Assembly: GCA_964450885.1 (NCBI GenBank)
Contig: CAYVFE010000001.1
Span: 65,301-129,300, forward strand
Direction: 5' to 3'
Length of the DNA stretch: 64,000 nucleotides
DNA from: an uncultured Gammaproteobacteria bacterium
GTDB taxonomy: Bacteria > Patescibacteriota > Microgenomatia > Levybacterales > GWA1-39-11
The position numbers and the translations under genes are program-made. Positions 39,312-48,492 of this stretch are shown piece after piece (position 1 is the stretch's first letter; each line of letters begins with the position of its first letter). Under the pieces are notes generated by a model. The model was not told the origin of the DNA and did no database searches. It worked only from the letters and a program-made list of their open reading frames with translations.

Positions 39312-40850
39312 TTATGGATTTGGCGGAGGAAACTCTATGTCGGAAACTGTTTCATCATCGACCATATCTACGCTCGTTTCATTTGTATTCTCCGGTTCGT
39401 TAAATCCAGGTATTTGTAGTATATCACCTGCGATAACTTGAAGAATAACGAATGAGAAAATGATAAAAAGTAGACCTATTATTGCAGCTGTGATAATCTC
39501 GCGGGCATGTTTTATCTTTTCGGGATCGCCGCGTGAAACCATGTAGTTATATCCACCGTATATTATAAGAAGCAGGGCAGCCACCCCTGCTATAGAGAGC
39601 ACATATGTGAAGATGCTAAGTACGAATTCGTCTAGGTCAAGCCCTATCGTACCCAGCGCGGTTTCAATCTTTGCGCAGTCGGCAGGATTTGTTACATCGT
39701 TTTCTCTTCCTGGTAATTGATGAAGAGGATCAGGGACGGCACCATCCTTTAGCTCGGCGCACGGGAGTCTGGTACCACCGCTAGAGAGCCCCAGTTCCAC
39801 GAAAAGCTGCGCCATGGAATTTAGATCTTTTCCCTCAGGATCTATTATGGGATCTCCACACACATTTGCTGTAGGGTCACTTCCTGGTATTCCGACATGA
39901 CAGTGAATTTCTGCGTAGACGAACCCCCCAAGACAGTCATCGTAGTTATGGGATTCATTTATCTGCTCACGAAGCCTAATTACATAATCTCCAGCTAGAG
40001 TAACCCCCTCTTCATCCGTCGGGAATACTTTTGTGACCTGTTCTCCTGGAGCCGAGAAGCTTATGCATGACTGGTTGTTTCCTGGATTTAGAATAGCTTG
40101 ATGTAAGACATCATTTCTCATCCCCGGTCCGTCTACGATGATCTGGTAGTTATTCCTATTCTTTTTATCGCCATTTCCGTTATTGCGGATTTTGGGAGAC
40201 GATACATTAACTGTGAATTTTCCACCAGGAGTAAGATTATTGCTGGGGCTTACCGTCATCTCGGGCACTCCATGATTTACAAAAAACCCCGCTACTGTAT
40301 GGAGTATGAATACATCGCCTGCCTTCTGATAAAGAGAGAGGAGATAGACACTGCCTGGATAAAAATAGTCTTTGTCGTTATTTTCACCGTTTTCGTCTCC
40401 TGCGCACTCCTTGCTTCCATTTCCATTAGTAAATCTTTCGGGGGTCTTTAATTTTGAGTCTCCGTCTCCACAGACTATGATGGTCTTGGATTCGTCGTCG
40501 AATTTATAGCGTTGAAGAGTTTTCTCGTCGACCTGGTCGTCTGTGAGTCCGCGTGTAGCTTGTCCTACGTACTCCAGGTTGCCTTCAAATATCCCATCTT
40601 TTACGTCATCATCGTCTATACATAAATCCTGTTCCATACATATATATAGATCGTTAACACTTAGGGAATCGATGAGGTCTCCTTGGAAGGTGACACTTAC
40701 TGTGCTCAGGTAGTCATTTATTTCCTCGAGAGGAGGCTTCACTGTAAAAGTTGATTCCTGAGCATGGGAATTATTCGGAAATAGGAGAAATAGAGAAAAA
40801 AGCGCGAAAAATAAAACAATAAGCCTTCTTGTCATATTCCTATCATACAC
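39312..40850 (-). CDS. large secreted Cys/Asp/Gly-rich ectodomain fused to C-terminal T4SS pilin-like domain (candidate tip adhesin or minor pilin)
   Basis: 512 aa with a signal peptide and a roughly 400-aa ectodomain. C-terminus ...SRGDPEKIKHAREIITAAIIGLLFIIFSFVILQ is the pilin motif. Confidence 0.55.
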   Translation of the reverse strand: MYDRNMTRRLIVLFFALFSLFLLFPNNSHAQESTFTVKPPLEEINDYLSTVSVTFQGDLIDSLSVNDLYICMEQDLCIDDDDVKDGIFEGNLEYVGQATRGLTDDQVDEKTLQRYKFDDESKTIIVCGDGDSKLKTPERFTNGNGSKECAGDENGENNDKDYFYPGSVYLLSLYQKAGDVFILHTVAGFFVNHGVPEMTVSPSNNLTPGGKFTVNVSSPKIRNNGNGDKKNRNNYQIIVDGPGMRNDVLHQAILNPGNNQSCISFSAPGEQVTKVFPTDEEGVTLAGDYVIRLREQINESHNYDDCLGGFVYAEIHCHVGIPGSDPTANVCGDPIIDPEGKDLNSMAQLFVELGLSSGGTRLPCAELKDGAVPDPLHQLPGRENDVTNPADCAKIETALGTIGLDLDEFVLSIFTYVLSIAGVAALLLIIYGGYNYMVSRGDPEKIKHAREIITAAIIGLLFIIFSFVILQVIAGDILQIPGFNEPENTNETSVDMVDDETVSDIEFPPPNP

Positions 40851-40874
40851 TTAATGAAAATTTCATTGCAAATT

Positions 40875-42200
40875 CTACGAACTAAGCTTATAGCCAGTGC
40901 CTTTTATGGTTTTGATGAATGTAGGATTTGCAGGATCAGTTTCAATCTTTTTTCTGAGCCTGTGCATTATCTGATCAAAAGCCTGATCACTGACGCCTTC
41001 CTGGGTCTTCTGGTCCGTCCACACGGCATTTATGAGCTCGTTTTTACTGAGTACCTTGTCTTTATTCTCAAGCATAAATTTTAAGAGCTTAAATTCTGAC
41101 GATGAAAGTAATTGGGTGATCGGATTGTTTGCCTTAAGGATTTCATTTCTCTGGGCATCGTACTTAATCGATTCGTCGACATCGATTTTTTTGCTTTCGA
41201 TAAAGTCTACAAGTAGGGGAATCGACAGTTTTTTTCCTACCACAAGACCTGTTTTTGTGAGATATTTTTCTGAAAGGTTCTCAAAATCTTTATTTTTCAA
41301 TGCCAGCTTTTCGCTGGGAAGCAGGCTTTGCCAGACTTCACCTAGGGCACTTATTATAGTAGGCTTATCGAGGAGATATTTTTTAATGTCAGTTATTTTC
41401 TCGTCTTCCGTGACAAATTTTTCGTAAGCAAGCTTTGTCAGCTTTGAATGCCCCCCTGTTAGGTCCAGAATTTTTTCTGCGGTATCCTTTCCTAGAGACT
41501 TTCTGGACATCTTTTCTATGTATTTTGTCCTAAAGGAGATTGCGATAGGATCATAAATTGCGATATAGATTTCATTTCCTGTAACTATATCTGAAAAATC
41601 AGTAAGTATGTTTATGTCCACGGTTTCATCGAGCGGCCTTTTAAGTGAAAATATGGCTCCAAATCTATACTTTGCCAGATTCCTAAAAGTCTTAAGGTTG
41701 GCAAAGAAGTCTTCGGTCAGGTTAGGTGCGATCGTGTCAAACCTATCAAAGAGCAGGATCAGTGAGAGTTTTTTTTCGATAGTCAGAAATTCAATCGCTT
41801 TTTTTAAGAACTGCATCATCAGAAATTCGTCATTCATCGAGATTGCTTCTTGAAGAAGGGATCTTACCTTCGTGGACTCCTCCAAAAGTTGCCTTTCGCT
41901 CAAAGAAAATGCGATGGAAGAAAAGATGAGTTTTATTATGTCTATGTGATCTCTTCCCTTTGCCTCTGCTGAGTCTATATAGACAAAATGCATCAATTTC
42001 TCGTACGTTTTCAAGTGATATTTTCTGGCGTCTGTGTTGTATGCGAGGAGTCTGAGGAGGTTGTTTTTCCCCGTTCCCGGAAGTCCTATGATTTGCGCAG
42101 AAAGCCCTTTTTTAAGAAAGGTCAGATATTGGTGAATCTCTTTTTCGCGGGAATTTTCAGGATATAACGATTCAAAGTATTTTAGTGGTGTAAGTGTCAT
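40875..42200 (-). CDS. P-loop ATPase fused to C-terminal OmpR/PhoB-type winged-helix DNA-binding domain
   Basis: Walker A-like GLPGTGKNN near the N-terminus. C-terminal trans_reg_C pattern (ELINAVW...DQIMHRLRKKIE...IKTIKGTGYKL). Confidence 0.6.
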   Translation of the reverse strand: MTLTPLKYFESLYPENSREKEIHQYLTFLKKGLSAQIIGLPGTGKNNLLRLLAYNTDARKYHLKTYEKLMHFVYIDSAEAKGRDHIDIIKLIFSSIAFSLSERQLLEESTKVRSLLQEAISMNDEFLMMQFLKKAIEFLTIEKKLSLILLFDRFDTIAPNLTEDFFANLKTFRNLAKYRFGAIFSLKRPLDETVDINILTDFSDIVTGNEIYIAIYDPIAISFRTKYIEKMSRKSLGKDTAEKILDLTGGHSKLTKLAYEKFVTEDEKITDIKKYLLDKPTIISALGEVWQSLLPSEKLALKNKDFENLSEKYLTKTGLVVGKKLSIPLLVDFIESKKIDVDESIKYDAQRNEILKANNPITQLLSSSEFKLLKFMLENKDKVLSKNELINAVWTDQKTQEGVSDQAFDQIMHRLRKKIETDPANPTFIKTIKGTGYKLSS

Positions 42201-42346
42201 GTAAATATAGTATCACGCAAAATCCATTTGTAAGGCAAGTGTTAGATAGACGTCAAGATGATTATAGCTTCATAGTTTATATTGATCACATTATGGAGCG
42301 ATTGACACGTACGCACACGCTGGCATATCCTTTAGAAAGGAGCATT

Positions 42347-45300
42347 ATGGAAACAGGAAATGAAAGAGGGGGAGTACCCCAATCTAGCGACAAGAATAAC
42401 AAGTCAACAAATCTTGAGGCTTCAAAATCCCGGATGGAGCGGATGGTGGATCGTTTTAAAAAAGATAACGAAAAAACTCCGAGTGGGAACGGCAGCCTAA
42501 GAGATAAAGATGAGAATAAGTCTGCAGAAAGACCTTCGTCTGCTACTGTTGGGACAAGTAAGAGTGGTTTTAATCCCGAAAGGTTTAAAGAAAATCCATA
42601 TTTGCATGTGTTGGCGATGAGGGTAAGGGCCGCGGAGCAGGAGGGGAGAATCGACAACAAATTTCTCGATGAGCTTCGGCAGCAGACATACGAAGGAGTG
42701 GGAGAAGGAAGAATTTCGGATAACTGGGCATTTCAGTTCATCAGGGATATAGATAGAAATTATGTTGTGAATGCCAGCATCCAAAAAGAACACGATGACT
42801 CCAAAGAGCTCTCAAAAGATATAGAGGCGATAGTTGAGCAGAGAAAACAAAGAAGGCTTACTGCAGAGGAAATCGAGGCAAGTCGCGTCGCGCTGGAGAG
42901 CGCGTTCGGAAGAAAGCTTACGACATCCGAGCTTGATCGCGTAACAAGAGGTTCAAAAATCACTGAGAGCGGGAGGAATGCAGAAGCCTTTGGGGCTCAA
43001 ATCCAGACGATCGAAAAGCTTGTGGATAACCCTGATAGATTTGCGGCCTTCGAGTCTTCTCTGTCATCCCAAAGTCCGGATCAATTAAAAAGATTGCTAG
43101 GCGGAGATGGCGGGAGGCTGGTGCTGGGAGCATTACTTGGTGATATAGCTGAGAGGAGTAAGTATTTCCAAAGACTTGAGGAGATATTGAGCAAAGATCA
43201 GGCAGGGATGAAGGACGGATTGATTGCCTTATCAAGAGATATAAAAAGAGATGAGCAGGCAGCAAAACCTAAGGTCGACCCAGAAAAAGCAAGGCTTGCA
43301 AGAGAGCAGGCAGAGAAGTGGATTGAGGAGCAGAGGAAAAAACGTCAGGTTACGGCTGAGGAAGTAGATGCGATTCTCGCGAATGCGGAGAGGGGTGTAG
43401 GGCTTATTATGGGAGGCTCCGACTATAACGAGAACGCGGCAAATATAATGGAGCAGGTTGATATGATTTCAGATGAGACTGGGGAGGCTTTCACCAGAGC
43501 GAGGGACCTTTTAGTCGACGACGATTTGGTGAATGTTTTGGCAGAAGAAATATATGGAGTCGATCTTCCAAATATCAGGGCTGAAAAAAGTAAATTTCTT
43601 GATCTTAAAAATATCGATGACCCAGCAGTATTCAAGTCTCGTTACAAAAGTCTTCTTTCAGATCTACTAGCCAGGGCAAACACGGCAGCATCCGACCCAA
43701 GACGTTTGGAGGAAAGAGTGCAGGCTCAAAAAGACGCTGAGGAATTCACTGCAACGGGCGAGAAGACAAAGGGAGGGAAGACCTTTAATTTGCGAGGCCT
43801 TGAAGAAATAGTCAATAGCATATCACCGCCGCGTCCGGGAGAGCGTCCATTCTTTGAGCGCGAGCCCCGAAATATTAAAGAGGTTGCAGCATGGATTATG
43901 GCAGGGGATGATAGAAGCATTTGGGGGCCGGACGGGAGATATCCGATATTTAGCTGGGGTGAGGGGATAAATCCAGAAACAGAAGCAAGAAACGTTGATT
44001 TTCATGCCCAGAACTTAATACTCTGGCTACGCAATAAGTCTTTGGAGCATCATGCCGATAATCCTAACGACCCGCTAAATCTACTACAAGGAGTTGCGAT
44101 AGAGACTCTCTATAAATCGATAAGCATACTCACGATGAAGTATAACAAGCAAAAGTATTTTGCCGACGAAGAGGGCCGCCCGTTATCAAACCTTGCGGAC
44201 GAAGTCATAAATGAGGCTTGGCTTTTTGGAACCAGAAGAAACAAAAACCTTGGTTATATCCAGGCGATGAATAGCGACGAGAAGTTGTTTGAGGCGATAG
44301 TTGAGCTTAGTGGTAAAAATGATCATACAAACGGTAAGACTTTGTCTGGTCACCTTCAGATGGGTGAGAACTTTAGCGATACGGAAGGCAATGAGGACAA
44401 TAAGGTGGGGGATGCGATGCTGGCTGCAAATCTTATATATAGAAACCTTTCTGATATAGAAAAGCTAAGAGAGGTTTTGCCCGAAGGGTCGCAGATGTTA
44501 ACGCTTGAAGGTTTTAAAAAAGCTTCAAGATATTTGAATGAAGAAGGTTTTTCAGAAGACACTAATGGTTATGGAAACCTAAAGATAGAAGGAAATAGGG
44601 TTTATTTTCTGAATCCACAAACTAAGGTTAGGACGGAGATATTTAATAACGACGGAAAGCTTGTAAGTGATGCAAATCTTATAAAGTTTTTGAACTTCTT
44701 TCCGGAGGCAACTCCTCAAGAGACGAATGAGGCATTTGTGAGAGAGCTTGTCAAGCAAAGTATCGCAGGCATGGTTGGGTTTGATTCTGGAATGGAAAGC
44801 GAAAAATACGAGGAATTTATCGCGGAGCGCAAGGAGGCGCTCGGTAACGCTTATAAAGATATAAGCATTGCGGATTATAGGAAGATTCAGAGGATGAATC
44901 TTGAGTGGGCGGAGACGAATTCGTGGGTGGAGCAGCGATGGAATGGAGCTGCAGCCAGAAACGATACAGGATATAGGGGTTATGATGCGTGGACGAAGAT
45001 GTATGCGCAGTATTACCGCGAGCGTCAGTCTGGGGAGGGAACCGCTGGTCCTATCGGTAATCCCCATGATCTGCAGATATTTCGTCTCCTAACGCCCGAT
45101 ATGTGGCTTGCGATACGTACAGAATCCGGAGAGTCCGTCCAGGAAGTCTTTGAAGAGCTTCACATGCACAATCTTAAGCTATATCAACTTGGTCCGGAGC
45201 AAAAAAATGAAAGGGAAGCTATAGAAAATAAAAAGAAAAAAGTATACGAGAAGTTAAAATTTCCTCGGTGGACGGAGTCTGACTGGGCTGCAAACGGAGT

Positions 45301-46099
45301 CAAGCGTCAGGCAGAGGTTTGGCACAATATAATGAACACTGAGGATCTAAAGTTCAACGAGCTTGTGAAAAGAGACAACTGGGGAATACTAAGATATGAC
45401 AGACAGAAATTTGAAGAAGTCGTAAAGGACGACTTTATAAAAAAACGACGCTACGCTTTTTCATCTAATAACGCCATAAATTATGGAGCGGTGACGCGCA
45501 TGAGGGTAAGAAGCAGCTCAGATAAGGCTATAGACGGTTTTGAATTTAAGGATATGTATGTTGGAGAAGCTATGTTCGGAGAGGTAGTGATGGGATCTAT
45601 CAGACGGGATTGGTTCGATGGTAATCTGCAGTACGATGCAGCAGATGAGAATGGGATGGCTGTTAAAAAGAGTGCCCCTAAAAAGGGTGAGAAGTTCGAT
45701 CCAAAAAAACATGGAACTTTTCAGGAATATCTCAACTCGCGCTCCGGTAGGGGAAAGATACTCAAGAATGTATGTAGGGCGGGAATCGCTGCGCAGATTA
45801 ATGCGCATAGACAGCATACGGGCACCACTGAGAGATGGGATGCTGAAACGATTAGAAATCTTTTAGAGTCATTACATACAATGCCACAGTATGAGGAGGA
45901 CCCTGTTACAGGAGTAGAGGTAAAAAACGAACACGCTCAGTTCTTTTCCAAGGAAGACATAAAGTGGATAAGACAGCAGACAAGAACAACCAAGGGGTGG
46001 CTTATATTTGAGGATGCGAGGCATATTGGTTGGGATGCAGCAGCAGAGGGAATTCCAGAGATGTTCAAGATATTCTTCAAGGATGTTCTCTCTTCCTAA
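42347..46099 (+). CDS. very large (about 1250 aa) charged hypothetical protein, candidate secreted substrate
   Basis: Only long plus-strand gene in the locus. No TM or signal peptide. RBS GAAAGGAG before the ATG at 42347. The track ORF starts at 42194 and overlaps the neighbour's start. Confidence 0.5.
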   Translation: METGNERGGVPQSSDKNNKSTNLEASKSRMERMVDRFKKDNEKTPSGNGSLRDKDENKSAERPSSATVGTSKSGFNPERFKENPYLHVLAMRVRAAEQEGRIDNKFLDELRQQTYEGVGEGRISDNWAFQFIRDIDRNYVVNASIQKEHDDSKELSKDIEAIVEQRKQRRLTAEEIEASRVALESAFGRKLTTSELDRVTRGSKITESGRNAEAFGAQIQTIEKLVDNPDRFAAFESSLSSQSPDQLKRLLGGDGGRLVLGALLGDIAERSKYFQRLEEILSKDQAGMKDGLIALSRDIKRDEQAAKPKVDPEKARLAREQAEKWIEEQRKKRQVTAEEVDAILANAERGVGLIMGGSDYNENAANIMEQVDMISDETGEAFTRARDLLVDDDLVNVLAEEIYGVDLPNIRAEKSKFLDLKNIDDPAVFKSRYKSLLSDLLARANTAASDPRRLEERVQAQKDAEEFTATGEKTKGGKTFNLRGLEEIVNSISPPRPGERPFFEREPRNIKEVAAWIMAGDDRSIWGPDGRYPIFSWGEGINPETEARNVDFHAQNLILWLRNKSLEHHADNPNDPLNLLQGVAIETLYKSISILTMKYNKQKYFADEEGRPLSNLADEVINEAWLFGTRRNKNLGYIQAMNSDEKLFEAIVELSGKNDHTNGKTLSGHLQMGENFSDTEGNEDNKVGDAMLAANLIYRNLSDIEKLREVLPEGSQMLTLEGFKKASRYLNEEGFSEDTNGYGNLKIEGNRVYFLNPQTKVRTEIFNNDGKLVSDANLIKFLNFFPEATPQETNEAFVRELVKQSIAGMVGFDSGMESEKYEEFIAERKEALGNAYKDISIADYRKIQRMNLEWAETNSWVEQRWNGAAARNDTGYRGYDAWTKMYAQYYRERQSGEGTAGPIGNPHDLQIFRLLTPDMWLAIRTESGESVQEVFEELHMHNLKLYQLGPEQKNEREAIENKKKKVYEKLKFPRWTESDWAANGVKRQAEVWHNIMNTEDLKFNELVKRDNWGILRYDRQKFEEVVKDDFIKKRRYAFSSNNAINYGAVTRMRVRSSSDKAIDGFEFKDMYVGEAMFGEVVMGSIRRDWFDGNLQYDAADENGMAVKKSAPKKGEKFDPKKHGTFQEYLNSRSGRGKILKNVCRAGIAAQINAHRQHTGTTERWDAETIRNLLESLHTMPQYEEDPVTGVEVKNEHAQFFSKEDIKWIRQQTRTTKGWLIFEDARHIGWDAAAEGIPEMFKIFFKDVLSS

Positions 46100-46114
46100 C
46101 AAATAAGAGAAGCA

Positions 46115-48388
46115 TTACGAACTACTAGTCCGTTCCCTTAAGTTATTTATTGCTTCTAGTCTTATATTAGTTCTTTCTTCATCTGACATGTTCGTTAGTC
46201 CTCGATCATTCTTAATTATTTCTACTTCGTTTGTAATTTCCTCCTCAGTAAAAGCAGATGGAGCAGGTCCGCCTGTTGTTGGGGGCGTTGCAGGCCCACC
46301 TGTGGATGGGTTTCCAGATGCTATTCCAGAGCCTAGCGCAGACCCTTTCCTATTTTTAATAAGTTGTGGGAGTGGTGTACTTAACACTCGTTGAAATCTT
46401 GATAGACGACTTCCCCCTCCAGTTGGAGAGCCACCTGATGGGGGTGGAGTACCGCCGGATGGAGGAGTGGAAGACCCTCCTTCGTCATCTCCCGGTTCTT
46501 CTGGTTTCGGATTATTTCTTTCTGCCTCAGCCAGTAATATAGCTTTTCTCTCTTCGGATTTTTCACGCCTTTTCTTTCTTGCTTCGGGAGTGCTAAATTT
46601 ATCTCGCAGCTTGTTAAGAGTTGGGATTTTTTCCATTCTTTCAGTAAACTTTTCCCCACTCCATGCCTTTAGTCTTCCAGACTCACCAGTATGAGGATTG
46701 GTGTACCATAATGATTTTCTTATTCCTCCGAATGCTCCTCCGACTACTCCGCTTCCTACGCCCAAAGACTTGCCCATGCCACCAATAAGTCCTCCTGTAT
46801 CGGGAGCCTTTAATGCGCTTTTCACGATATTAAGTGCCTCAGGCATTATGAGTACTACTCCAAGCCCTATGATTGAGGCGAACCCCGAGGCTGGGTTGTC
46901 TCCAAGCTCACCCACGAATGGCGGGATAAGTATTTCTTGAGGAGAAGAAAAGGCCTGTTCCTGAATAGATTTACCTATTAGAAAAAGGAGTAGTACTGTC
47001 GGGAATGCTGCGAGATTTGCGATTATCATTCTTAGCCAGGAGCCAATCCCCCCTCCAACTCCAGGAAGAATGCCGGCAAGTATCCAAAATGGAGCAAATA
47101 TCGTCCCTACGAGGACCATGATAAATGCCTTAATAAGCATTATCCATGTCCGAAATAGTGCGGAAAGCACCGCGATAAGTATAACAAGGTATGCTATCAG
47201 AAATGCGACTAGTTTTATGAAGCTTCCAGCAGTAGCAACACCTATTGCTCCGCCAGCTGCACCTCCGACAAGGCTTCCGATAGTTGATCCTGCAAGTGCT
47301 CCAGATCCTACACCAGCACTTACTGCCATAATAGCAGGAATTAACGCTAGACTAGCTCCTCCTGTGGGGAGGGCTAAGAAAGCAGCTACGCCTCCCAAGA
47401 CAAGTCCGCCAATGCCTCCTAGTAGCTTTCCTATCCCGGCGCCGGCTGACCCGCCGATAATTCCTCCTAATGCCTTAGTAAGGAAGTTCCCGAGTCCACC
47501 ACCAAGATTACCGTCAAATATTCCGCCTAGCGCATTTCCAGCGCCCGTCGCTACAGGTTCTGTTATCGCGTTTATTCCACCTAAACCTCCAACCGCATTT
47601 ATGGGGTTAGTATCTATGCTAGGGATAGTTGCAAGTGCTCTTGAGTCAAAGATATTTATGATCAGATACATAAGCACATACATAGTGTCGACCAAAAAAC
47701 CGACTATCGCATACGAAAGAGTGATGAGAACGAGCGCTACAATTATCCGAGGCAGTTGGTTCTGGATTGTCATGACGCTCCTTGCGTCCAGATTTAGTCT
47801 GAACATGATCCCCAGTCCCAGGACGATAAACACTATTAGAAATAGAAAATACGTAATATCTCTAAATACTTCCCAAAGTTTCAGTATGGGCTTCAATCCC
47901 GCAAACCCGACACCCTGAGCATATGCATTCTGAGAGATGCCAAAATTTTCAGCAAGGTAGCCTCCATAGTGAGTTGAAGAAAGTGGGATATTGTAGGTTG
48001 CTCCAATCATATCTCCCGCGACCGCAATAAGCCCTCCATCAGGCTCAGCGTAACCGAGCTTTTTTGTGACGGGATTTACCCCAAGGCATCTACCGTCTAT
48101 GCTGAGTGGGTTAAATCCTGCCATAAAACACGATCCTGCTCCAAGGATTTCTATAAAGACACTCTGGGTATAGGTCGATAAGTTTTGCGGCACATCAGGC
48201 TCTGTGTTAAGAGGCAGCTGTTGCGGATTTTGAATTTGAGCACCCTGAGCTTCTTGTAGATTTTGGTTTTGAATAATTTCATTTGCGGAGGATGAGGATT
48301 CTGCCTGAGCAAATACAGACGACGAAGAAAAATATAGGAAGAACAGGGCACCTAATATAATAAATAAAAATTGCGATAATTTTTTCAT
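46115..48388 (-). CDS. VirB6/TrbL-like polytopic membrane protein
   Basis: 757 aa. Signal peptide, multiple TM helices, Gly-rich stretches, C-terminal Pro/Gly-rich tail. Confidence 0.5.
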   Translation of the reverse strand: MKKLSQFLFIILGALFFLYFSSSSVFAQAESSSSANEIIQNQNLQEAQGAQIQNPQQLPLNTEPDVPQNLSTYTQSVFIEILGAGSCFMAGFNPLSIDGRCLGVNPVTKKLGYAEPDGGLIAVAGDMIGATYNIPLSSTHYGGYLAENFGISQNAYAQGVGFAGLKPILKLWEVFRDITYFLFLIVFIVLGLGIMFRLNLDARSVMTIQNQLPRIIVALVLITLSYAIVGFLVDTMYVLMYLIINIFDSRALATIPSIDTNPINAVGGLGGINAITEPVATGAGNALGGIFDGNLGGGLGNFLTKALGGIIGGSAGAGIGKLLGGIGGLVLGGVAAFLALPTGGASLALIPAIMAVSAGVGSGALAGSTIGSLVGGAAGGAIGVATAGSFIKLVAFLIAYLVILIAVLSALFRTWIMLIKAFIMVLVGTIFAPFWILAGILPGVGGGIGSWLRMIIANLAAFPTVLLLFLIGKSIQEQAFSSPQEILIPPFVGELGDNPASGFASIIGLGVVLIMPEALNIVKSALKAPDTGGLIGGMGKSLGVGSGVVGGAFGGIRKSLWYTNPHTGESGRLKAWSGEKFTERMEKIPTLNKLRDKFSTPEARKKRREKSEERKAILLAEAERNNPKPEEPGDDEGGSSTPPSGGTPPPSGGSPTGGGSRLSRFQRVLSTPLPQLIKNRKGSALGSGIASGNPSTGGPATPPTTGGPAPSAFTEEEITNEVEIIKNDRGLTNMSDEERTNIRLEAINNLRERTSSS

Positions 48389-48492
48389 GGCAGGCCTACA
48401 ACTTAGTATGACAACTTATATAGTCAAAAATCAAGTTTTACTGGATTTTTAACCTTGACTTTGCTGGCCTCAAGGCTTAGTATTGAGTTGTC

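Noticed and set aside
44579-45067. 162-aa minus-strand ORF inside the 1301-aa gene
   Set aside because: Arg/Leu-rich antisense frame fully nested in a longer ORF that has RBS support.
47070-47918. 282-aa Pro/Ala-rich plus-strand ORF
   Set aside because: It is the antisense reading of the Gly-rich repeats of the VirB6-like gene (Gly codons GGN read as Pro CCN). No start context. Artefact.
28719-48388. Calling the T4SS-like block an integrative conjugative or mobile element
   Set aside because: No relaxase, integrase, transposase, direct repeats or replication module are visible. The flanks are core genes (dnaN on one side). Left as a chromosomal system rather than a mobile element.
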